Source of the DNA: an uncultured Verrucomicrobiae bacterium
Lineage (GTDB): Bacteria; Verrucomicrobiota; Verrucomicrobiia; Chthoniobacterales; JAFAMB01
Direction: 5' to 3'
NCBI GenBank assembly: GCA_963837955.1
Contig: CAWIPH010000002.1
Location: 4,896,001-4,960,000, forward strand
DNA: 64,000 nucleotides
Of the stretch, positions 23,961 through 34,435 are shown piece by piece (the first letter of the stretch is position 1; the number at the start of each line of letters is the position of its first letter). Made by a program: the position numbers and the translations under genes. The notes under the pieces were generated by a model. That model was not told where the DNA came from. It searched no databases and saw only the letters and a list, made by a program, of their open reading frames with translations.

Positions 23961-24941
23961 TCACGGTCTGCTAGCTTCCATTTTGAGCGGCGCCGCTTTT
24001 CTCGGACGTGAAGGCGAAACTTCGGATTTTTCGGGATATTTAATCGTGCTAGGCCAAACAATCCGCCAAGGTTGACTCTTCAACCTGCTGGTTAACTCAC
24101 TGAGATCGGAAAAGACTCCGTCCAAGTGAGGTAACGTTGTGTTTAGAGTAGCTTGAATCTGGCCCAGGACAGACTTCAGGCGTTCCGAAGAAGTGTTCAG
24201 GTTCGCCAGAGCTTTCTCCAAATTATTATCTTTATTCAGCCCGGTGGTGAGCTGGTTGATACCTTGGAGAGTACTCTGCAAGCCACTGAGTGCTGAATCC
24301 ACTGACCCACCTTTATCCGTCAATGTCTTTAGGTTGCCTCCCGCCAAACGGAAGTTATCCAGCGTTCCGCCAAGGGTTGTAATCAACTTTGAATCTTTTG
24401 CGGTTAAGTCGGTAAGATTTACCGAAGTCCGGCGCAGCTCATACATGGTCGTGGTTAGGTCTTTCAGAACGGGGTCCAGCTTCTTAATAATCACTGGACC
24501 AAGTTCACTTAGGTCGGGTGAGCGGGAGCCGACAAACGTGTCTCCACTCACGGCTTTGCCTGAATTGGAATCGCCGTTGGTAAAATCGATGACGTATTCA
24601 GAAAGCAATCCGAAGGTTCGCATCGTAACATCATTGGCTTTAAAAACCTCCGCATCCCGCGCCACCTGAACGGTGATCATCACCTCGTCATCCAGTCGCC
24701 CTGGCGGACGCTGGGCCATCGGTACGGGCGACTGAATATATTCGACGGTTCCGATCTTCCTTCCGGCCAGCATCACGCTCGCGCCCGGTTTAATCGCCGC
24801 GGCGTCATCGAAAAAGATTTTGTAATGTACGACCGGTCGAAAGAGACCGGGCGCCGAGAGATAGAGAACGACCCCAACCGTTAGTCCGATGGTAAGGATC
24901 ACAAGAATGCCGGTACGAATTTCGTTACGAAGGATCTGCAT
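23961..24941 (-). CDS. mlaD: MCE/MlaD-family lipid transport protein
   Basis: N-terminal TM, MCE domain (GASVMLAGRKIGTVE), helical tail; operon with mlaE/F. Confidence 0.85.
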   Translation of the reverse strand: MQILRNEIRTGILVILTIGLTVGVVLYLSAPGLFRPVVHYKIFFDDAAAIKPGASVMLAGRKIGTVEYIQSPVPMAQRPPGRLDDEVMITVQVARDAEVFKANDVTMRTFGLLSEYVIDFTNGDSNSGKAVSGDTFVGSRSPDLSELGPVIIKKLDPVLKDLTTTMYELRRTSVNLTDLTAKDSKLITTLGGTLDNFRLAGGNLKTLTDKGGSVDSALSGLQSTLQGINQLTTGLNKDNNLEKALANLNTSSERLKSVLGQIQATLNTTLPHLDGVFSDLSELTSRLKSQPWRIVWPSTIKYPEKSEVSPSRPRKAAPLKMEASRP

Positions 24942-25707
24942 TCTCTACGGCTTCGGTAATCGGTCCCTCCACCTCCCCGGTGACAAATTGCCGCACCACC
25001 GGGTTCTGGGCATTTCTAAAGGAGTCTGGGACATCGTCTTGGATGATGGAACCTTGGTACAGCATCGCCATCCGGGTGGCTATTCGAAAAGCACTGTCCA
25101 TTTCATGCGTCACGATGACCGATGTGGTACTTGTCTTTTCTGACAGCGAGATAATCAGCTCGTCGATTACCGAGCTCATCACTGGATCAAGTCCAGCTGA
25201 CGGTTCATCGAACAGAACTAACTCCGGCTCCATCATCAAAGCTCTTGCCAGGCTCACTCGCTTCCTCATGCCACCACTCAGCTCGGACGGCATTTTATCC
25301 TCCGTGCCGCTCATCCCGACCAGCGCAAGCTTTTCTTCTACTAAGGCGGTAATTTGCTTCTGCGATTTGGAGCCAAGTTCCGCCACCGGCAAAGCAAGAT
25401 TATCGTGAACATTCAACGAACTAATCAGAGCGGAATACTGGTAGACCATGCCCATCCGTGACCGCAGCAGATTGAGCTTGCTGCGGCTCAAGCGATTAAT
25501 CCGAAGATGTTTATATCGCACATCCCCAGAGGTTGGTCGCAGGATGCCCAGGATCAGGCGAAGCATCGTGCTCTTTCCGCCGCCGCTTTGGCCCAGGACA
25601 ACCAGCCGGTCTTTTGGAAAGATTTTCAAATTGATTCCAACGAGAACCGGCTTGTCCGCAAAATGTAAAGTGACGCGGTCGAGATGAACGAGCGGAGTTT
25701 CGCTCAT
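24925..25707 (-). CDS. mlaF: MlaF-family ABC ATPase
   Basis: GQSGGGKST, ELSGGMRKRVSLARAL, DEPSAGLDP. Confidence 0.9.
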   Translation of the reverse strand: MSETPLVHLDRVTLHFADKPVLVGINLKIFPKDRLVVLGQSGGGKSTMLRLILGILRPTSGDVRYKHLRINRLSRSKLNLLRSRMGMVYQYSALISSLNVHDNLALPVAELGSKSQKQITALVEEKLALVGMSGTEDKMPSELSGGMRKRVSLARALMMEPELVLFDEPSAGLDPVMSSVIDELIISLSEKTSTTSVIVTHEMDSAFRIATRMAMLYQGSIIQDDVPDSFRNAQNPVVRQFVTGEVEGPITEAVENADPS

Positions 25708-26495
25708 TTGGTGTATTCGGTAACGACTATATTAAAAAGAGTATCAAATCCGATAACGCTGCTGATAGCAACGACCACGCTATCTGTCGTTGCTCTGCCA
25801 ACGCCTTCTGCTCCGCCGCTTACCGTCAAGCCTTTGAAGCACGCAATCAACCCGATAAGCAAACCGAAGAATGCCGCTTTAAAGAGACCGATAAGAATGT
25901 CTTTCACCAAAAGGCTGCTGAGCACCCCATCAAAATAAAAGGCAGGCACGAGATTCAGCGTGATCCAGGAGATAAGGCCAGAACCGAGGAGACCGGCGAT
26001 TGTCGAACAAATAGCAAGGCAAGGCATGAGAAGGGTGATTGCCACGAGTCGAGGCGCAACCAGGAGGCGGAGCGCGCCGATCCCCATCGCTTCAATCGCT
26101 TCCACTTCTTCCGCCACTTGCATGGTACCAAGCTCCGCTGTGAACGCCGCACCGATCCGAGCAGCCAAGACAATGCCGGTCAGCAATGGACCAAGCTCCC
26201 GAGTGAAAGCAATCGAGATAAGCGTCGGCACCAACCGCTCGGTGCCAAACTTTTGCAGTTGGTATCCGGTAAGTAAGGCCATGGTGAGGCCTAGAAAAAA
26301 GGAGACCAACAGAACCAAGGGAACCGAGCCGACTCCCGTGCGGTCGGTCTGAGCAAAGAGCGCCGACCAACGAAACGGCAGACGACCTCGTCTGACGTTG
26401 TCGCCCATTTCTTCCAACGTATTAATCAGCAGCCAGAAGATGCTTCCTACGTTAATGAGCGCAATTCGAGTCAGGTAACCGATCCGGTAAAGCAA
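25704..26495 (-). CDS. mlaE: MlaE-family ABC permease
   Basis: RELGPLLTG...AELGTMQVAEEVEA, GAEGVGRATT. Confidence 0.92.
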   Translation of the reverse strand: MLYRIGYLTRIALINVGSIFWLLINTLEEMGDNVRRGRLPFRWSALFAQTDRTGVGSVPLVLLVSFFLGLTMALLTGYQLQKFGTERLVPTLISIAFTRELGPLLTGIVLAARIGAAFTAELGTMQVAEEVEAIEAMGIGALRLLVAPRLVAITLLMPCLAICSTIAGLLGSGLISWITLNLVPAFYFDGVLSSLLVKDILIGLFKAAFFGLLIGLIACFKGLTVSGGAEGVGRATTDSVVVAISSVIGFDTLFNIVVTEYTK

Positions 26496-26630
26496 CGGAT
26501 ACTAAATATGCGTACGCTGGAGTGACGCAAGCCAGAAACGAAATGTCTTCCACCTGCATCTCTTTATTGGATGATGAATTCGGCGGGATAATGCCGATGC
26601 TCAGGGCGCGGGCTCGCTGCAGACGCGAGA

Positions 26631-28436
26631 TCACGCCTCTAATTCTGACTGATCTGAAGTCTCGGGCAGAGCCTCCTGGAAATCGGAGCCGTTGGGGCGC
26701 ACCTCAGCGCCTCCACCGAACAGGCCGCTCTCGTATAAGCGCCGGTAGGTGCCATCCAACCCCAGCAATTCATCATGAGTGCCTCTCTCAACAATTTCGC
26801 CACGTTCGAGCACCAGGATCTGGTCCGCATGCCGCACTGTGGACAGCCGATGAGCAATTACGAAACTGGTACGACCAAGCAACAAGCGATCTAACGCAGC
26901 CTGAATTTCTCGCTCCGTCTGTGTATCAACACTCGCTGTCGCTTCATCCAGAACTAATATGGGTGGATCATTCAAGAGAGCCCTGGCAATCGATAACCGC
27001 TGTTTTTCACCGACGCTCAAGCGGATACCTCGCTCGCCCACCGGAGAATCCAATCCTTGAGGCAGCTTCGAAACGAATTCGTATGCGTGCGCGGCGCGCA
27101 GCGCAGCGTCGATCTCAGAGTTTTGCGCATTAGGTTTCCCGAATAACAAGTTTTCTCGGACCGTGCCGTTGAATAGAAAGCTTTCCTGCGATACAAACCC
27201 AGTGATTTGTCGCACTGTTCTTCGAGATAGATCGCGAATTGACCGTTGATCAATCAAGATATCACCAGACCCTTCGGGCAAGTCGTAGAACCGCAAGAGT
27301 AGACTCACCAAGGTCGATTTCCCCGCTCCGGTCGGTCCCACCAGCGCGACGGTCTGACCAGGCGAAGCGATCAGAGAAATTCCCCGAAGGATTTCTCTGC
27401 CCGGCTCGTAGCAAAAGCTCACGTCCCGATATTCGATCAGGCCAAGCGGATCAAAAGAGTCTACCGGCACATCGACTCCTTCCTCTACCGGAACATCCAT
27501 TATCTCGAACACCCGATCACCCGCAGCCCGGCCGCTTTGAAACATTTGATTCAGACTGTGGAGCCGGCTAATCGGTTCGTACAAAAACCGCACGAGAATC
27601 AGGCAGGCTACTAATTCGCCAAGACCCATGCGTCCCTCCAATACGGCCATGCCGCCGAAGCCAGTAACGATGGCAAGTCCACACGATGTCATGAATTCCA
27701 TGGATGGCGTATAGATGGCCCAGGCTTTCATCACCACCATGGTTGCATCCTTCAAACGGCTACTAGCCTGATTGAAACGACGATGCTCAGATTCCTCGCG
27801 GGCGTAGGCTTTGATTTGTCGTACTCCAGCCAGATTATCGTGCAAAAGAGAATTCATGGCCGAAGCCGCCTTTCGCTGCCCGGAATAACGTGGCTTGGCG
27901 GTGAGCGTGTACCATAACGCACCGGCCGCGAGCAAGGGGATCGGTATTAGCGTCAACAGCCCAAGACTTGGCTCCTTTAGAAACAGAAGCGTACTGACAA
28001 TGATAACCTGAAGGATCGCGACGCTCCCCTGCTCGATCCCATCGATCAGCACCCGCTCCACTGCATTCACGTCTTCCAATACCCGGGTCATGATGTCGCC
28101 TGTTGCCCGGTGATCAAACCATGAGAGGGGCAATCGCTGAATGTGATCATAAAGATCGCTGCGCAGGTCAAAAATCACTTTCTGCTCGAAGCTGTTATTG
28201 AGAATGATCCGAAATCCGTTGGCCAAGTTTTGCACGAAGAAGGCTGCGATCGCACATCCGACCAGCGGCAGAATCAGCTCGGGATGATTTCCTCGAATGG
28301 CATCGTCGACCACGCGTTGAGTCACGCTGGGGAAGACGATCACCATCAGCGTAGCGAGCACGGCAAAGCCAATCGTGCTCGCGGCCAGCCATGGGTAGCG
28401 TCGAGTGTAGCGGAAAACGCGTAGAATGGTCCACAT
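26631..28436 (-). CDS. ABC exporter with fused TM and ATPase domains (MsbA/MdlB-like)
   Basis: Six TM segments, GPTGAGKST, LSVGEKQR, DEATASVD, IAHRLST. Confidence 0.93.
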   Translation of the reverse strand: MWTILRVFRYTRRYPWLAASTIGFAVLATLMVIVFPSVTQRVVDDAIRGNHPELILPLVGCAIAAFFVQNLANGFRIILNNSFEQKVIFDLRSDLYDHIQRLPLSWFDHRATGDIMTRVLEDVNAVERVLIDGIEQGSVAILQVIIVSTLLFLKEPSLGLLTLIPIPLLAAGALWYTLTAKPRYSGQRKAASAMNSLLHDNLAGVRQIKAYAREESEHRRFNQASSRLKDATMVVMKAWAIYTPSMEFMTSCGLAIVTGFGGMAVLEGRMGLGELVACLILVRFLYEPISRLHSLNQMFQSGRAAGDRVFEIMDVPVEEGVDVPVDSFDPLGLIEYRDVSFCYEPGREILRGISLIASPGQTVALVGPTGAGKSTLVSLLLRFYDLPEGSGDILIDQRSIRDLSRRTVRQITGFVSQESFLFNGTVRENLLFGKPNAQNSEIDAALRAAHAYEFVSKLPQGLDSPVGERGIRLSVGEKQRLSIARALLNDPPILVLDEATASVDTQTEREIQAALDRLLLGRTSFVIAHRLSTVRHADQILVLERGEIVERGTHDELLGLDGTYRRLYESGLFGGGAEVRPNGSDFQEALPETSDQSELEA

Positions 28437-28641
28437 AATGTAACCGTTCTCCTTACTATAATGTTTCGGCAACGCAACATTGGAGCCCGCCCTTGACGCA
28501 GCGACACGGTTAAGCGCCGAACTGTGAGCCTAGCCCCCGCCCATCGTTTGGCTCACACGCTTCTCTCGCTGTCGCTCAACGCGTGTTTCGCCCTACCTCT
28601 CAGGGTTGTTCCTGCCGAAAGGCATCGGCATGCCCATCGGT

Positions 28642-28861
28642 CGGAGGGCGCGGCGCTCGCGCCGCCCGGGAATTATCCAACGTGCACCGAGGAATTGAAG
28701 TCAAAAATCCGCTGCCGTTACCTGACAAGGGCGAAACCCGACTTTGAGCGACAGCGAGTTAGAGCGTGTGACACAAACGATGGGCGGCGCAAGGCTCACA
28801 GTCCGGCGCATAATCGAGTCGCCATTGGCAAGCGTGGCGTGCCGGACTGTATCGCCCTACC
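28642..28861. repeat. Degenerate REP/REPIN-like inverted element with a nested inverted repeat
   Basis: GGAG plus GGCGCGGCGCTCGCGCCGCCC at left; GGGCGGCGC...CGCCCTACC at right, interrupted by ACAGTCCGGC/GCCGGACTGT (28798-28850). Confidence 0.55.
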
Positions 28862-28913
28862 ATCCACGGGTCGGGTCGTTCGCCAGGCGGCTCGAATCCG
28901 CACGCGGCTTGAT

Positions 28914-29465
28914 TCAACCAATATGAGGCTCCTCAACCTGCACCCAATCCCCAGGAGGCAAATCGTTCAGTCGCAATTCCCCAATCCGTACCCGCACCAA
29001 TCTCAGGGTCGGAAGGCCGACCGCAGCCGTCATCCGGCGCACCTGCCGGTTCCGCCCTTCGCGTAGTATGATGCTTAACCAACAATCCGGAACGGTCTTA
29101 CGAAAACGAATGGGGGGATTCCTGGGCGAGAGATCGGGAGCGCTCTCCAGAATCCGGACGACGCACGGAAGCGTTGCCCGCCCCTGGATGACGACTCCCG
29201 CACCTAGGCGCTGGAGCTTTTCTGGGGTAGCAACGCCTTCCACCTGCACCCAATACTCTCGCTCGTGTCCCTGGCGTGGCCTGAGCAAACGGGCGTTCCA
29301 TTCCGGCTGATCGCTCAAGAGGAGTAATCCCTCCGAATCCGCGTCCAGCCGGCCGATTGGGTACACTCCTTTAGGAAGACCGAATTCCGCGAGAGTCCGG
29401 TTCGCCGACCCGTCCGGAGTAAACTGAGAGAGAACACCAAACGGTTTATGGAATGCAATCAGCAC
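28914..29465 (-). CDS. rluE: rRNA pseudouridine synthase (RluE/RsuA family)
   Basis: GRLDADSEGLLLL, EGRNRQVRRM, PPIRFRKTVP. Confidence 0.85.
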   Translation of the reverse strand: MLIAFHKPFGVLSQFTPDGSANRTLAEFGLPKGVYPIGRLDADSEGLLLLSDQPEWNARLLRPRQGHEREYWVQVEGVATPEKLQRLGAGVVIQGRATLPCVVRILESAPDLSPRNPPIRFRKTVPDCWLSIILREGRNRQVRRMTAAVGLPTLRLVRVRIGELRLNDLPPGDWVQVEEPHIG

Positions 29466-29512
29466 AAAATCTTCTTTTGAGTTCTGCCTTTGATGGAGAA
29501 TCAGTGTCGCAC

Positions 29513-32035
29513 GTGAAACGTAGCCTGCCGATCTTTGAACTGGAAGAGACCGTCATCAGTGCCCTGACTGAATGTCCTAGGCTCATCCTGCAAGCGCCGA
29601 CCGGTTCCGGCAAATCGACTCAAGTACCGCAGATCATTTTGGACAGCGGACTCGCCGCCTCCGACCAAATTGTGATTCTTCAGCCCAGGCGGTTGCCAAC
29701 CCGGATGCTAGCAGCCCGAGTAGCTTGGGAGCGGCATAGCGAGTTGGGCGAAGAAGTCGGTTATCAAATCAGACTCGATAATGTCAGTTCCAGAGCTACC
29801 CGAATTCGATTCGTTACCGAAGGGGTACTTCTTCGACAAATGGTGAGCGACCCTCAGCTCTCGGGGATTTCTGTTCTCGTATTCGACGAATTTCATGAGC
29901 GCCATCTCTATGGCGACATCGCACTTGCTCGCGCGATGGAGATTCAGATGCTGGAGCGGCCAGATCTAAAGATCATCGTCATGTCGGCCACCCTCGACAC
30001 CGGTTTACTCGCGGAATATCTCAAACCGTGCAGAACGCTCACTTCCGGGGGGAGAACGTTTCCGGTGACCATCGAACATCTGAAGCGCGAGATCGTTGAT
30101 GAACCGCCTTGGGAACTTGCGGTCGACGCATTGAACCAAGCCGAAAACGACGGAGGCGATGTGCTCATTTTCATGCCTGGGGCGTACGAAATCGCCCGCA
30201 CAATCGAAGAGATCAAACGAACCCGGTTCGACGGTATCGTGCTTCCCTTGCACGGCGATCTCTCGCCAACTTCTCAAGACGCGGCCGTTGCGACCTATGA
30301 TCAGCGGAAGGTCGTTGTCTCGACGAACGTCGCCGAAACATCGCTCACTATCGACGGCGTAACATTGGTCATCGATAGTGGTCTAGCCAAAATCGCCAAA
30401 TACGACCCGCATCGCGGCATAAACACGTTGATCACCGAAAAGATCAGTCACGCGTCGGCTGATCAGCGCGCAGGTCGGGCCGGTCGCACGGCTCCTGGCA
30501 AATGCGTTCGCCTTTGGTCCGAACGAGACCATCTAAACCGTCGGGCCCAGGACCTCCCCGAGGTCAAACGCCTCGATTTGGCCGAGGTCATCCTGAATCT
30601 GAAAGCAGCGGGAGTCGCGGATATCGACCAGTTCGGCTGGTTGGAAAAACCTGATCCAAAATCGCTGAGTCGCGCGATGGAGTTGCTCGAGGACCTTGGC
30701 GCACTGGAACGAAAATCGGAAAGCATCACCGCTCTAGGCCGGCGAATGCTTTCGTTCCCGGTCCATCCTCGCTACTCGCGCATGCTGCTTCTCGCGGACG
30801 AACTCCGGTGCGTACCTACGATCGCCTTAATCGCGGCTCTTACTCAGGAACGGCACCTTCTTCGGCGAAGCGACGGCAGCCAAATGGATCACGATCGCGA
30901 GCTATTGCTCGGCAGCGAAGCAGAATCGGACTTCTTTGTATTGATTCGTGCCTGGATTTACGCCAACGAGCAGGGGCCAGAGCGGTCTCGGCGCCTTGGT
31001 ATTCGCTACGCCGTATCTCAGCAGGTTGGCCGCCTCTTTCGCCAATTCTTGGACCTCGCAAAGAGCGAGGGTCTCAACGTCTCCGGACGGCCGGATGATT
31101 TTAATGCGGAAGCCTTAGGCAGATGCATGCTAGTCGGTTTTTCCGATCACCTTGGTCGACGCATCGATGCTGGAACTTTGCGTTGCGATTTGGTCCATCG
31201 CCGTCACGGTGTATTGGCTCGTGAAAGTGCCGTCCAAAAAAGCCCTTTACTCGTAGCCGCTGAGATCCGGGAGGTTCAAGGACGAAATGAGGATCTACTA
31301 GTGCTACTCTCCTTTGCTACGGCTATTCGCGAAGAGTGGCTGCAGGAAATGTTTCCAGCAGATTTTCAGTTCTCTGAAACACTTTTCTACGATCCGGCCG
31401 CTCGCCGGGTTGTCGCCCAGTCGAGTCAGCTTTTCCGAGACTTAATCTTACACAGCGCGAAAACGGACCCAAAACCGAGTGACGCGACTGCCGCTGTGCT
31501 CGCCGCCGAAGTGATCGGTGGTCGCTGTTCGTTGACCCAATGGGATCACGAAGTGGAACAATGGATTACGCGGCTCAACTGTCTGGGCGATTGGTATCCC
31601 GAACTTGGTCTCCCAAAGCTCGACGACGAAGCGAGAAAATATCTCGCCTCACAGATTTGCCAGGGAGCGCTCAGCTATCGCGAGATCAAAGATCGATCGG
31701 TTTGGCCAACCGTCAAAGCGTGGTTGTCTCCGGCGCAAATTCCGCTAGTCGATCGATTCGCACCGGCCCGACTCGAGTTGCCCGGTGGTCGCAAGGCCAA
31801 GCTCGTCTATTCGGAGCGACAGCCTCCGGTGTTAGCCGCGCGGATTCAGGATCTATACGGAGTCGAAGGATCGCTCAAGATTTGCGATCAACGCATCGCT
31901 GTTTCGATCCACGTACTCGCGCCCAACCATCGTCCCGTCCAGATCACGCAAGATCTCTCGGGGTTTTGGCGAGAGGCTTACCCGAAACTCAAGCAGGAAT
32001 TGCAAAGGAAATATCCGAAACACGAGTGGCGGTAG
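29513..32035 (+). CDS. hrpB: ATP-dependent RNA helicase HrpB
   Basis: APTGSGKST, DEFHER, MSATL, QRAGRAGR, C-terminal RKYPKHEW; GTG start inferred. Confidence 0.93.
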   Translation: MKRSLPIFELEETVISALTECPRLILQAPTGSGKSTQVPQIILDSGLAASDQIVILQPRRLPTRMLAARVAWERHSELGEEVGYQIRLDNVSSRATRIRFVTEGVLLRQMVSDPQLSGISVLVFDEFHERHLYGDIALARAMEIQMLERPDLKIIVMSATLDTGLLAEYLKPCRTLTSGGRTFPVTIEHLKREIVDEPPWELAVDALNQAENDGGDVLIFMPGAYEIARTIEEIKRTRFDGIVLPLHGDLSPTSQDAAVATYDQRKVVVSTNVAETSLTIDGVTLVIDSGLAKIAKYDPHRGINTLITEKISHASADQRAGRAGRTAPGKCVRLWSERDHLNRRAQDLPEVKRLDLAEVILNLKAAGVADIDQFGWLEKPDPKSLSRAMELLEDLGALERKSESITALGRRMLSFPVHPRYSRMLLLADELRCVPTIALIAALTQERHLLRRSDGSQMDHDRELLLGSEAESDFFVLIRAWIYANEQGPERSRRLGIRYAVSQQVGRLFRQFLDLAKSEGLNVSGRPDDFNAEALGRCMLVGFSDHLGRRIDAGTLRCDLVHRRHGVLARESAVQKSPLLVAAEIREVQGRNEDLLVLLSFATAIREEWLQEMFPADFQFSETLFYDPAARRVVAQSSQLFRDLILHSAKTDPKPSDATAAVLAAEVIGGRCSLTQWDHEVEQWITRLNCLGDWYPELGLPKLDDEARKYLASQICQGALSYREIKDRSVWPTVKAWLSPAQIPLVDRFAPARLELPGGRKAKLVYSERQPPVLAARIQDLYGVEGSLKICDQRIAVSIHVLAPNHRPVQITQDLSGFWREAYPKLKQELQRKYPKHEWR

Positions 32036-32046
32036 GCTGTCGATTT

Positions 32047-32213
32047 GTGACGTAGCCTGATGCTCCAGCCTCAGGAAGACACACTCGGTAGCGCGGATTG
32101 TCCCGTTACGCTGAGAGTCAACCGTTTCCTTAAACCCGAGCGGTCGGTCGAGCCCGATCTCGAAGTGCCGAAGGGAGGTGTGTTCCTGAGGCAGGAGCAT
32201 CAGGCCACGTCAC
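32047..32213. repeat. REPIN/MITE-like element with 31-bp terminal inverted repeats
   Basis: GTGACGTAGCCTGATGCTCCAGCCTCAGGAA versus the reverse complement of 32183-32213 (29/31 identical); each arm is GTAG/GTGG plus a CCTGA..TCAGG palindrome. Confidence 0.8.
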
Positions 32214-32216
32214 TGA

Positions 32217-33128
32217 TCACTTCGAATTCTCCCTCCACGGCTTATTCATCTGGTAGGATTGCAGGCGGCGCTGATAGTAAGGAATGTCTTCCGAGTCGCC
32301 GGACAAGATCGCTTTCCCCTCCCATTTCTGTGCGAGCGCGAAATTGCCCTGTTCGGCATAGGCTGCGGCGAGAACATCCAGTATCGTCGCGTCCTTCTCA
32401 TTGGAAAACTTGGCCGCCTCGGCGGCCAAAGTCACGGCATTCGTTCCGTTCCGAATCTGGGCGTCGCTTGCCGTTGCATAGATCCAGGCAGCTCCGGCTC
32501 GGCTGAACGGATCGCGCGGCGAAGTGTTAGCGGCGTCAATGAAAGTACTGATCGCTGCGCTTTTTTGTCCCAGCCGGCTGAGCGCGTTTGCTTTCAGAAC
32601 CTTGAGCTGTGCTAAATTCCCCCGGTTAGCGTCGCCGTTATTCGTCCGAATCGCTTGGTCGACTGCATCGATCACATCCTTTGGACGGTTGAGGTTGGCC
32701 GCAGCCGCCGCCCTGGCTGCCTGCAGCCACCAACGTTCGGGGTGTTGTTTCACCGATTTCGTGGAGAGTTTGTATGCGTCTTTCCACAACGAATTGCCAA
32801 AGTAAGTTCCTAGGGTGCTTGCCTCCGCCTTTTCTTCGGGAGTAAATTTATGCCCGGGCGGAAAGATCTCTTCAAAGGTCTGTTCGCGTGCGGGTCCCTG
32901 GCTTTTTTTGGCGGCCCGATGCTTGGTGAGCGACTTATGTTTGGAGCTGGACTTCTTCGTGTCCCCACTAGGGTTCTGTTTCTTTGTCAAAAAAAGAGAA
33001 GATCTGGTTGGACTCGGCGTATCACCGCCACGGGAAGGTGGTTGAGCCAGTGCCGGCTGCAGCACCAATCCACTAAGCAGCCAAAATGCACTCGTGATTT
33101 TCGTGAAACGCTTTCGCCTTGCAATCAT
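32217..33128 (-). CDS. Exported TPR-repeat protein
   Basis: Signal peptide, K/S-rich linker, TPRs ending AWIYATASDAQIRNG...LDVLAAAYAEQGNF. Confidence 0.8.
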   Translation of the reverse strand: MIARRKRFTKITSAFWLLSGLVLQPALAQPPSRGGDTPSPTRSSLFLTKKQNPSGDTKKSSSKHKSLTKHRAAKKSQGPAREQTFEEIFPPGHKFTPEEKAEASTLGTYFGNSLWKDAYKLSTKSVKQHPERWWLQAARAAAAANLNRPKDVIDAVDQAIRTNNGDANRGNLAQLKVLKANALSRLGQKSAAISTFIDAANTSPRDPFSRAGAAWIYATASDAQIRNGTNAVTLAAEAAKFSNEKDATILDVLAAAYAEQGNFALAQKWEGKAILSGDSEDIPYYQRRLQSYQMNKPWRENSK

Positions 33129-33418
33129 TTAAAAGTAGCACCCGTTGAACTTCTCTTCTCGCACGCTCATTCATTGGCACTCGTGACTGGTAAATCAACC
33201 ATCGAGAACCGTAGACCTAAGCACGTCCGGAAGCACGCGCAGCTGAAAAAATGCGTTCCGGCCATCAGTTTGGTGTGATCGCATCTCGCAAGTGCGGCGG
33301 TGCACGAGTTAGGAAAAACGACTCACGGGGGGTGACGGCTCAAATGTGACTTACAGTTCTACTTGCGCCACCACTTTTCCTGATTTTCTTATATCCTCAA
33401 TCCATACAAGGAGGGGTT

Positions 33419-34414
33419 ATGATTGCGGTAGACTCGATTAGGAATGTCACAGTCGACGACAGACTGAGAGGCGCAGTCTGGGGCCAATTCGTGGGCGACG
33501 CGGCAGCTCTCGGGACCCATTGGATCTACGATCTCGAAGAACTTCGTTCAAAATTTCCATCGGGCGTGGTTGGGTTCGAGACTCCGCGGGAAGGACATTA
33601 TCATTTCGGGAAGAAGCCGGGCGACCAGACTCATTATGGTGATGGTGCTCTGGTCCTTCTGGAATCGGTCGCTTCCCACGGAGGGTTCGACGCGAAGGTG
33701 TTCGGGGAGGCTTTTGTCCGGACGTTCGAACCGAACACCTACTCCGGTTACTTAGATCAGGCGACGAAAGGAACGCTTGAGAATTTTCAAGCTTTCCGCT
33801 CCGCAAATCCGGACCAAGAGTTTGACTTCCAACAGGGAGCCGATGATGAGCAGCCGGCAGCAGCTTCTCGCATTGCCAGTGTGGTCGTCCGCTACTGGCG
33901 GAATCCAGAACTGCTGGACGTGGTTAAAGCGGCTACCCGGGTTTGCCAAAATAATGAGCGATCGATCGCGTATATGCAGTTCCACGCGCTTCTCTTGCTG
34001 GACCTTTTGAGAGGAAGAGACGTTCACAACGCGCTGGAACAGGCGCAAAAAGAGTTCGCCGCGGTCGACCGAGAATTCTGGCCGGAGATCCGATCTAAGA
34101 GCCAAGGAGCCCGGGAGGAAACGCTCAATGATGTCACGGAAGCGACTCAAACATTTGGTCAAGCTTGCCCGCTGGGACAAAGCTTCCCGTCAGCTCTACA
34201 CGCATTTTTGAAACACACAGACGATTTTGAGACCTGCATACTTGCTACGATTCGAGCTGGCGGCGACAACGCTGGTCGGGCAGCGATGCTAGGATCCTGG
34301 CTCGGCGCTCATCTGGGGATCGAGGCGATTCCGCGCGAATGGATGAATCGTTTGACGGCCGCACCGCGAATCAATAGGGCACTAGACAAGATTCTGCTCG
34401 ACCAAGCCCGGTGA
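33419..34414 (+). CDS. ADP-ribosylglycohydrolase-family protein
   Basis: RGAVWGQFVGDA...HWIYD and AGGDNAGRAAMLG...GIEAIPREW; AGGAGG SD. Confidence 0.88.
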   Translation: MIAVDSIRNVTVDDRLRGAVWGQFVGDAAALGTHWIYDLEELRSKFPSGVVGFETPREGHYHFGKKPGDQTHYGDGALVLLESVASHGGFDAKVFGEAFVRTFEPNTYSGYLDQATKGTLENFQAFRSANPDQEFDFQQGADDEQPAAASRIASVVVRYWRNPELLDVVKAATRVCQNNERSIAYMQFHALLLLDLLRGRDVHNALEQAQKEFAAVDREFWPEIRSKSQGAREETLNDVTEATQTFGQACPLGQSFPSALHAFLKHTDDFETCILATIRAGGDNAGRAAMLGSWLGAHLGIEAIPREWMNRLTAAPRINRALDKILLDQAR

Positions 34415-34435
34415 GCAGCGGAGCGATGACCAATC

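Noticed and set aside
28524..29066. 180-aa ORF in the ABC-rluE gap
   Set aside because: It runs through REP-like repeats and antisense into rluE, with an Arg/Pro-rich non-coding-like composition.
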